A DNA stretch of 63,592 bases, counting the filler, from Choristocarpus tenellus KU-1152 (taxonomy: Eukaryota; Protista; Phaeophyceae), in assembly GCA_964200185.2 (NCBI GenBank). It is 9 parts of 9 records of this genome, joined end to end, with 100 filler letters (N's around TTAATTAATTAA, not from the genome) between each part and the next. Parts side by side here need not be neighbours in the genome. Positions count along the whole stretch, not along the records: positions 51,812 to 59,552 come from CAXNAD020005652.1; positions 59,653 to 63,592 come from CAXNAD020017024.1; 7 more parts are not named here. One strand, given 5' to 3'. Positions within the stretch are counted from its first letter, which is position 1. Every line of letters begins with the position of its first letter. The notes beneath the pieces were generated by a model that was not told where the DNA came from, made no database searches, and saw only the letters and a list, made by a program, of their open reading frames with translations. Of this stretch, positions 54,901 through 63,592 are shown piece after piece. The position numbers and the translations under genes were made by a program.

Positions 54901-57900
54901 AGCATTTAAGAATGAAAGTCGTGTACACTGTACAGTGATCATTTTCAACCAATGGGCAGTATGTATGCATGTATGCATATGCACTCAAGTACATTGGTAG
55001 TATGTATGTATGTATGTATTATGTATGTATGTATGTGCATTCAAGTACAGTAGTAGCACACGTTTGCATGGAAAGTACTCTTCAAAGTACACACAACAAG
55101 AAATATTAAAATTTAATGCAAAATTATTCTTATGTATTACCAGAATTGCTTAACTATTACTAGAACTGCTTAACTATTGCTAGAACTACGTAACTATTAC
55201 AAGAACTTCTTAGAGTGAAAGTATCTTAGAGGGTACGAGTTTTGCCCTGTTTGTCCATTTGGGGCTTGGCTTCCCTCGTGATTTTTATGATATTTTTCTA
55301 TTCCAAAATGTTTGGGAGTAGGTAAAATGTATACGTTATGAAAAGGTGTGTCTGAACAAGGATATTGACACTTCCTAACAAACACGATAGCCAAAACTAC
55401 ATCGAAATCACAACATTGGATTTTAGCCCCCAAATGGATGTGGCTCTACACTCTAAGATAATTTGGCTCTTAACTATTACTAGAACTGCTTTACTATTTA
55501 CTACTGGAACCACATGTTACAAACATCATTGCGTTTGTGTCAGACTTGGTGCTGTTTACACAGACATTAGAAATGATTTTCACACCTTTAACATCCACCA
55601 ACAGAATAACTCTTGCATCGTAGAAAAATGGACACCAGCATGCAACATAACAATAAATGTGATCGCAAAGCGTGCTGCACTTGCCGAAAGCAGACACCAC
55701 AGAAGTCTAACCCTAACCCCTAACAATATCACCTAAGCAATATATTTTATTGCACTTACAATTTCCTTGGAAGCGTTTTTCTTGTTCTATTGTCCCTCCA
55801 TTGCAGGCGTGTACAATCATGTGTATTATCGCCATGTGCTTGTACTTCAACAACAAAACGTGCATTTCAATTGAACATAAGAAGTGCATGAGTCATTTCT
55901 CACTGGCACTGATTAATCCTGATCTAACACTGGCACCAGATGAGGAGTACTGTGAGGCCAGTGATGGGCAAAGTCGGGATAGCGCCTTTAATCAACAGAG
56001 CCCTACCCCAGATGACTCTCCAATGCCTGTACCTGAGGACAGGAGGTGGTGTGGGGGGCATGTGTGCTTAAGGTTACGACCAACTGGCCTGAAGGAGGGG
56101 ATCAAAGAGGGTAAGGGTAAGGATAGAGGTGTGGGGGGAGGTGTTCAAGGAGGGGATATGAGTGAAACAGGTGTCCAAGCAGGGGGTAACACAGAGGGAC
56201 AAGGCGAGGAGGAAAGGGAAGGCTCACTCAAAGACACAGTGGTAGAGGGAGGACAATGGGGGAAGAGGGCTGAGGATGAGAGGAACAACTCTACAATTGA
56301 TGCTGAGGCAAGTGTAGGACAGCATACATACAGTGATATAGTGGTTCATGGATAAATTGAAGTATACCGTGGCTTGTACTCTATGACAGCCAACTCTTGA
56401 AAAGCTTGTCCCGGAAGCGAGTTGGATTAAAACAATCTTGAATCTCAAGTGCCATTCATGTGGCATCTTGCTATGCCCGTGTTCTGCTCTTAGAGGTTTA
56501 GTGAGTGAGATGGTCTCCATTCCCCTTTCAGCTCCTGCTGAACTAATTTGGATTTAACTAAACTAATTTGGATTTGCCCTTCTTTTCTCAACTGCTTTTG
56601 TACACTCAACTGACTTCAGCCTGGAGGGGTTTCTACCAAACGATGCCTTCCCTGGGGACACATGTAGATACATGTAGATAAGGTTTGAGGTCAGAAAGAT
56701 AGCTCAAAGGAATTAGAAATCACTCTTTTCTAAATCCCCTGACACGCCCTCCTCTCCCTCGGGTACTATTCACACTCATTCTGGGGCGGTTTAACTCTCC
56801 TTTTGCTGACAGGGAAGCATCAACAGAGTCAGCATCACTGGTGGCACCATCACAGGCTCAAACAGAAAAACAGTGGATTCTGTAAGGCAACCAAGTACAG
56901 CTCACACAAAGGGTGTTCCTCTTTCAGAGGTGGTGGATGAAGTTGGTTGGGGTAGCACTAGTCAGGTGAGAGGCCGCATTAGTTGTACCTCGTGTTCAAT
57001 AACCAACGCCTGTGAGGGTGTGCCGTCCATCGGAAACTTTGACATGACGGAAGAGGCGTGGTCTAGACCTGGGACATAGTCACGTTTTTCATCTTGTTTA
57101 TGGCAGGTGTAGCTCTGTGTGTGTGTGCGTGCGTTTTTTTGTGCGGTTTGATGTGTATGGATTGTAATCGTGAGATAAAGAAAAAAAGAGGTGTGTGCAA
57201 CATTTGTAGTGCATTGTAGTATATGGAAACTACGCAGCTTGGCATACCTGGAAAGTCACAGAGAATAGCATGACCGACAAAGATTAGCATGACAATATTG
57301 TGTGTAGCATGCCACATGCAGTCAAGAGTGATGTGCTGCTGTGTACTGTGATATTGGTTACACTGCTCTGTTCTACAACATCGGAATGTGATAAGAGTTC
57401 GGTTCTAGCATGATATGCATTGGACTCCCTGAATAGAGGATCACCAACCCACCGCCATCTATATATCTGCCGTATGTCAACGATGTGTTCTTCCAGAATA
57501 CCCTCGTTCAAACGAGCGTGTCTCCCACTCTGTGCTCCAACTCGTTGGAGGCCTTTGGTTGGGGAGACAACAGTGATGGTTGTCTGGGCTTCTCAGATGA
57601 GACAGCCATGGCTCTTTTCCCAAGAGCGCTTGATGTGCCTGGGATATTATTGCCTGGGGAAAAGGTGGTGGCTGTTGCTTGCAGCGACAGGTGACGCCAC
57701 TGAATAAAATAAAAAATAAAAAATTGATCACTCACATTCATCACTGTAAGTAAGTAAGCAATGCGTGCCTGATTGAGAATAGCCGGGTAGCTTTTTTTTT
57801 TTTTAGCTCTATGTGCTCTATGTGCTCTATATGCACACTGTGGGCTATCGAAATTGTATCGTTATTTGTTTGGTGGAGTACAATACACCCTTTGGCCTCA

Positions 57901-58137
57901 TTAGGACAACAGCTACAGATTTTGTTTATTCAATCACTTTCATCAATCACGTTCATTGGCTTCTGTCTCTCACGAAGTGCTAATGAGAATGATGCCCCAC
58001 ACCATGTTCTTCTTGTGAATCAGGCATTCGGTATTGGTGACACACATGGGCAATGTCTATGCTGCAGGGGATGGGGGCGATGGGGCACTGGGTACTGGGG
58101 ATCAGATATCCAGAAGCAGTTTTGTTCTAATTGATTC
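51927..58137 (+). CDS. Large RCC1-repeat protein (partial)
   Basis: Phase-compatible exons 51927-52196, 52647-52843, 53060-53270, 54223-54310, 55940-56307 (GC donor), 56813-56965, 57497-57690, 58024-58137; RCC1 repeat AFGWGDNSDGCLG...KVVAVACSDRHSVLVTHMGNVYAAGDGGDGALGTGD; upstream exons less certain. Confidence 0.78.
53707..54135 (-). mobile_element. MITE family A copy (53707-53976) plus tandem partial copy (about 53979-54135)
   Basis: Two right-hand TIRs; outer TIRs carry telomeric variants CAGGGTTAGGG (53721) and ACCCTAACCCTAAG (54110). Confidence 0.88.
55143..55510. repeat. ~20-bp tandem repeat (GAACTGCTTAACTATTACTA) interrupted by a family A MITE
   Basis: About 3.5 units before 55213 and about 2 units after 55469. 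Confidence 0.85.
55213..55469 (+). mobile_element. MITE family A copy
   Basis: Full-length, TIRs intact. Confidence 0.92.
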
Positions 58138-58228
58138 GTGAGTAACTGTAGGAAGGCTGAAGGACATGGGCTAGGAAGAGTTATTGTGGGCTATGCAACT
58201 TCATGAGACAGGCATACCACTGAGTTCT

Positions 58229-58487
58229 GACACAAAGCATATAAGAGGGTACGACTTTTTGCCCTGCCTGTTTGTTTGGGCTTTGACTTCCCATGAGTTT
58301 TTTTCTGTTTTTTGTGCCCCCTCTTTCAGTTTTCTGTATGAACACTAACCCTAACCCTAACCCTAACATGTATACGACTATGAAAGGTTTGTCCAGGGCA
58401 AGGATATTGACACTTGCTAATAAACACAATAGCCAAAATCCATCAACATTGCAACATTGGACTTATTACCCTAACATGCTTTGGGTC
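58229..58487 (+). mobile_element. Diverged MITE family A copy with internal (CCCTAA)n
   Basis: Family A body; ctaaccctaaccctaaccctaac at 58345-58367 occupies the central segment. Confidence 0.8.
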
Positions 58488-58713
58488 TCTTATTTACTTT
58501 GGATACTACTGATATGGAGTACGTTTTTACTTTTTTGTCCAGTTCCTATTTTTTTTGTTGGGCTCTTGATTATTGACACAGTTCCACCTGTGAAGTGATT
58601 CAAAAAATCAAATGAAGAACATAGAAAATGTTTTTGTGACAGTATATCACCACAGGTTCCTGGGTCATGAAATTGAACCCAGGTACCTACACAATGTGGA
58701 CTAGTGCAGAGGG

Positions 58714-58755
<42 letters not shown>

Positions 58756-58790
58756 TCATCTATCTATCTATCTACCTATTTATCCATCTT
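58714..58790. repeat. (TCTA)n microsatellite
   Basis: Direct tetranucleotide run. Confidence 0.93.
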
Positions 58791-59112
58791 ATGGATCAGG
58801 CACAGGAAAGTGAAAGCATTACGAGCATTGGTCAATGCTGGTAGGAACTATGTACCAACACCCCCAATGTGCTGAGAGCAAGGGACTACTTCCCATTGAC
58901 TTCTTGCACCATCAGAGTCCCGTGGTGTTCCTATTTGACCTTCCTGGTGACATGTACATGAGAAGTATGTTCCTATTCAAGAGTCAAGTTTCTGTTCATC
59001 ATTTTTGATTAAAAAAAAATAATTGGGTACGATACAGTTTGAAGATTAAAATATCATAATTGTGTACGCCAAACAAGTTAATTTATTATTATTATTCACA
59101 TTTTTTATTTGT

Positions 59113-59387
59113 GAGTGAAAGCAAGTATCTTAGGGTTAGGGTAAGAGCTTTGCCCTGTTTGTCCGTTTGGAGCTCGACTTTCCAAATATTTTATTGTAAC
59201 ATTTTACCTACTCCGAAATATTTAGGGTTAGGGTAAAGTGTGTACGTTATGAAAAAGTGTGTCCGGAACAAGGATATTGACACTTCCTAACAAACACGAT
59301 ATAGCCAAAATTACATCAAAATCGCAACAATGGATTTTGCCCCCCAAATGGACGCGGCTCTACTCTAACCCTAAGATACTTTCACTC
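59113..59387 (+). mobile_element. MITE family A copy with TTGT TSD and three telomeric insertions
   Basis: TTGT|GAGTGAAAG...TTTCACTC|TTGT; TTAGGGTTAGGG at 59130 and 59222; CTAACCCTAAG at about 59365. Confidence 0.92.
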
Positions 59388-59552
59388 TTGTACTCACTCT
59401 AGCAGTTCATTACGCCTGTGATCCAATCCCCAACCCTAACCCTAACTCCAATAGCACCTTTGCAATTGTCCTCACCCCCCCCCCCCCCCCCCCCCCCCCC
59501 CCACCCCCACCCCACCCCCCCCCCCCCCACAATCCAAACCGAGGCAACAGGG

Positions 59553-59652
59553 NNNNNNNNNNNNNNNNNNNNNNNNNNNNNNNNNNNNNNNNNNNNTTAA
59601 TTAATTAANNNNNNNNNNNNNNNNNNNNNNNNNNNNNNNNNNNNNNNNNNNN
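59553..59652. other. Artificial contig linker
   Basis: N44-TTAATTAATTAA-N44. Confidence 0.97.
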
Positions 59653-60360
59653 ATACACATCCCCCTTTTTATGGTTCTTGCTTGTCCTATGTCCTGTTTT
59701 TGGCGCACACACATGCCTTTTCCATCAAAGCTGTGAGCCGAATCTGGGCGGGCGTTGGCTGCAATGATCATGGTTTGGGGGATAGGACTCTTGTGCTGCA
59801 CAGTAGGGGGCCTTGGAAGGTCGCTATCATCCAGATGTGGAGATACCCTAACCCTTTCCCCATCAGCCATCACGTAAAACCAGGTTTCATCCACATGGAT
59901 CGTGTTCGCCATGGAGGCATACACACCACGTTTCCGGTCCACTTGATCGCAAATAAAGTCCATTTTCCATACCTTTTGTCACGACTTAAGCCTGGGTTTG
60001 ATCCATCAGCGATCCGGCATGGCCCCCATATCATCCAACCACTTGTTTATGGTGCTCATGCTATAATTCAGCCCCTTGGCGACAATCTTCATTGTCACCT
60101 GACGCACTGTGGATGACCGATTATCGGAGTTGATACTATGTATTGCGGCCATCTTGGTCGGTGTGAGCTCTGAAGGCCGTCCACTACGTGCCGCCACCCC
60201 TGGATCAAACTTGTGGCGTACGGGCAAGCTGATCGGCAACGTCCTCCCAGAGCCCTCACATGTAACGCTCGGACACTCCAAACCCCGGTGCGAGGTCGGC
60301 CCAACTTGTCACAGCAGTTTATGCTCACCAGTGACCATCGTGACGGTGTGCTCCACTGCA
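59653..60360 (-). mobile_element. Tc1/mariner transposase remnant (plant-type DD39D-like), frameshifted and truncated
   Basis: RSGRPSEL...STVRQV...STINKWL HTH region, then IHVDETWFY ... VQHKSPIPQTMIIAANARP ... FDGK, matching the VHIDEKWFY / KVMFLAAVARP / FDGKIG signature. Confidence 0.85.
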
Positions 60361-61007
60361 AGCGTAACCCTGGTATTCAGGGACACTTGGGCACCCTTCC
60401 TACACGGGGGGGTCGACTGGGGGGTTGCCGTGCCAATGTTCTGACCCTCGACGTGCCCAGGCCTGGCCTCAAAATCACCCCTAAAGACAACTTCATTGAT
60501 ATCTTGAAGCACCTCGAGTTTGTACCGGATGATCCTGCAACCCCACCTCTTCTGAAAGCTGAGATTGTCAACCCGATTTCATTCTGGGGGGTTATCTTCC
60601 GATTCGGCGCCGTTCTCGCTCGGTGAGCCCAGATGTTTCGTGGCACAAACTTATGGCACGAGGGGTAGCACTTCGCAATGAATATAACAATTTGTTCACT
60701 TTATGAAGCATAAACTACCAATTACAAAACCAATGACAAGGTATTTTTCAATGCTTATTGAGCAAAAGCACCATACATAAACCAACCCTAACCATCATTT
60801 TCCTTCGTAAAAGTCTAATTAATAAATCGTACAAAGCAGTGACAGCATATTTTTCCGTACCTCTTAAGCACAAGTATGCCAACGTATATAGACACGAGTC
60901 TGCAAAAAAAAATGTAAATAAAGTGTTTGCGCAAAATTAAACTCATAATGATGTTTTGTCGAACAGCGATAAGAAAATCCACTCCGAAAATCAGTAAAGT
61001 GGTACCA

Positions 61008-61270
61008 GAGTCAAACTATCTTAGAGGGTGGAGCCACGTCCGTTTGGGGTCCAAAATCCAATGTTGCAATTTTGATGTAATTTTGGCTATCGTGCTTGTT
61101 AAGAAGTGTCAATATCCTCGTTCCGAACGCAACTTTTCATAACGTATACCATACACTTTACCTACTCCAAAACATTTCTCAGTAGGAAAATGTCATAAGA
61201 AAACCTGTGGGAAGCCAAGTCCCAAACGGACAATAGGGCAAAATCCGTACCCTCTAAGATTATTTCTCTC
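61008..61270 (-). mobile_element. MITE family A copy with ACCA TSD
   Basis: ACCA|GAGTCAAACTATCTTAGAGGG...TATTTCTCTC|ACCA. Confidence 0.92.
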
Positions 61271-62469
61271 ACCAGTAGCTTTGTCCTCTGTGGCAATCTT
61301 GTTTTTTTCACCATATCGCCACAAGAGGTATAAAACAATGTACATATCAAATGAACGCTTATGGCAAGAGCTTTTGGACATATGTATCAAAAAGGATCAG
61401 GCTTTGGAGAACGGAATCTATAATGTCCCGATCAAAAAATGCAAAAATTTGCGAGGGAAACTCTCTGGCGCAATTTTGAAGGTCATGAATTCATAACGGA
61501 CAAATATGAAGTAGTTGGATGAACTACCCACAAACAACTGGTTCAAGGTAGATTGCTGCCCAAGTTTGGTGCTTGTGGCGATACGGAGAAAAAAAACAAG
61601 ACCTGCAGACATCATTTTAGCGCCATTTGCAGACTTTCTGTGAACACACACACGCGTGAGGCACACAGAAATATGAGCCACGACGGTGAGACAAGGAGAG
61701 ACACTGAGGCCACTCTGCCCCCTGGATCTACCCTCGGCAACTTCTCTCTTGAGAGACGACAGGAAAGCAAGTACCGTGTGAAATTCAGTGAGATGTTATG
61801 TGACGAAAAAGTGCGAGTAGTGGCACAGCAGCATGATCAAATCGCGCAATGAATCACACGGCTGCAACACTGGCACTGAGAGAAGATGCATTGAAAGCAT
61901 TACCACACAAACGTGGTTGGATCTTCAACCACGCCGGAGCACTCCTCTGCAGTCTCTGCTGTCTTGGGAAAGCCGGAAGAGAGCTGTGAGTCCATCACCA
62001 GTTGGTACAGTGACGAAGTCTGTAGGGAAGGCAGGTCAAGGCAGGCGAAGGGAGAGCCGAGGTGGCCGCCAGGGAAGATTGGGGAACAGAGCAGTGTGAC
62101 TGTGTGCCATTGTGCTCAGGTAACAACTAAGCGAAAACCCGGATGTAGAATATCTTAGTAGTAGACAGTTGCAGCAGGCCCTGTCTGTTTGGAAGCTATG
62201 CGAACGGAGTGGCTTACAGAAGTGAGAAACAAGTTTCTAGGGTTGGGTACTACTGAAGCCCGAAATAAGGTTGAAAGGGTAGGAGGAGAAAGCGCTCCTA
62301 ACAAAGGTAGCCGTGGAGACTTTTTTCAATACCAATTAATTCTTTACTTAGAGGTAGCGAATCAGGTGGAGGTAGACATCGAAAAGGATGCCAGGGAAGA
62401 AGATGAAGTGAGAATGAGATTATTTGCACACCGATGGTTTGGTGTATCCCACTTCTTGCAAGATTTCTT

Positions 62470-62596
62470 GAGCCAAGATATTTTAGAGGGTACAGCCGCG
62501 TCTATTTGGGGACCAAAATGGCAAAAAACACGTGGCAAGCCAAGCCCCACATGGACAAACAGTGCAAAATTTGTACCCTATAAGATACTTTCACTC
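62470..62596 (-). mobile_element. Internally deleted MITE family A copy (~127 bp)
   Basis: Both termini and both subterminal boxes retained, centre missing. Confidence 0.85.
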
Positions 62597-63318
62597 CATA
62601 CATTCGCTTTTGTTCCTGGAGTTAGGGCTGGAAGTATAAAGTTGATTAAGGCTTTCTCCCCGTTTGCATTTTTTGAGAAATCAATACAATTTTCGATCAA
62701 TTCAAGCCTGTCCTCCCTCGCCCTTGCGCCTTGATAACATATCACCCGCCCAGGAAACACAGACACACCCACTTCCGGCACTCAACGAGGAAATGTGATA
62801 GTAAAGGCTCTAACACTGTGAATTCTGTACCTTCGTATGAACGACGGGAAAAAACATCAAACAACGGTCGAGATGGCTGTAGGATATGAAATGGTCAGGT
62901 CGGAAACTGTGAGTAAATGGGAGAGACTTCCTAGCTAAGGGCCACACATCAAGGTTTCGGAGCAAGGGCGCTACGAGAGGCGTTTCGTTCTGGGTCTCGA
63001 TGAAGACATCCTTGCCGACCTCAAAGAGTGGGTGCGCAAAGATGCAGGAAGAAAGGGTGGGGAGGCTTTTTTCCCACCTAAGCCGTATACCTTAATCAAG
63101 TAATAGTGCATCTGTTGCCACTCTTGGTGACCTATAGTCCAGGGTTCGAACCCCAATATGACCGCTCTTTCATAAAAAGAAGAAAAAACGACGAAAAAAA
63201 TGGAACCCGTTCTCTGGAGGGCCTTGTGACGGGCATCACGAATACGCCTTTAATTTTAGTCCGATGTCTACATCAAAAGTTATTACGGGACAACTCCAGA
63301 GGGCGAACCTACCGGTAC

Positions 63319-63321
<3 letters not shown>

Positions 63322-63350
<29 letters not shown>
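63322..63350. repeat. (TA)n microsatellite
   Basis: Direct dinucleotide run. Confidence 0.93.
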
Positions 63351-63354
<4 letters not shown>

Positions 63355-63553
63355 AAAATGAAATTCACTATCAAAAAGAAAAAACGTAAAAAACAAGAAA
63401 CGCCACCCGAAGGTGACAGGCAAATTCAAACCATCTTCAGCGTGGTTAGTGGGCGCCCTGTGACGAAAGAGGAGTCAGCCGTAGCCCGTGTTAGCTTCCG
63501 TCTATTTCGACCCTTCTCTGGACATTCCTCAGTGGATTGAGCGATGGAGGTAG

Positions 63554-63592
63554 ATGTCAAAGTATCTGGGGGGGGGGGGTGGTTTGTGAGGG
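63554..63592. mobile_element. Start of a MITE family B copy
   Basis: TCAAAGTATCTGGGGGGGGGGGG at the window end. Confidence 0.7.

Noticed and set aside
12191-59652. Regularly recurring TTAATTAATTAA palindrome flanked by Ns
   Set aside because: Artificial six-frame-stop contig linker; adjacency across these points has no biological meaning.
59653-60360. Mariner remnant as the mobiliser of the MITEs
   Set aside because: Mariner duplicates TA, whereas the MITEs show variable 4-bp TSDs and no TA flanks.
1490-62596. Dispersed repeats as a CRISPR-like array or as introner elements
   Set aside because: Copies are 190-260 bp, irregularly spaced and have TIRs and TSDs; those inside genes lie within larger introns and do not define splice boundaries.
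1482-62734. Many short ORFs with shared peptides (LGLGFP, ILTLPNKH, WTRLYPLRYF, YIIHPTYATKS)
   Set aside because: These are translations of MITE families A and B, not a protein family.
61553-63540. Several 60-180 aa ORFs at the window end
   Set aside because: No recognisable motifs or consistent exon chain; two run through a MITE or a microsatellite.

Overview
Eukaryotic nuclear DNA, most likely from an ochrophyte (stramenopile alga; inferred from a bipartite 'DAF-IPP' plastid-targeting leader, TTAGGG repeats, a flagellar IFT gene and intron-rich genes). The window is not contiguous: nine contigs are joined by eight artificial N44-TTAATTAATTAA-N44 linkers. Spliced genes reconstructed by hand are UBL5/HUB1 (complete, 73 aa), TRM7/FTSJ1 (complete, with a large insertion), IFT122 (5' part, head-to-head with TRM7), plastid SufD (5' part), a TPR protein, a second TPR-like protein, a large RCC1-repeat protein and one hypothetical gene. 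Mobile DNA comprises two related MITE families (about 17 and 7 copies; shared AAAGTATCT termini and CCCCAAATGGAC subterminal boxes; 4-bp TSDs), decayed Copia fragments and a DD39D-like mariner remnant. The most unusual signal is short, in-register telomeric (TTAGGG)n insertions at internal sites. Several lie inside MITE copies, where the family consensus shows the pre-insertion state, which suggests telomerase-templated patching of internal breaks. GC-AG introns are also unusually frequent (4 of about 33 modelled).
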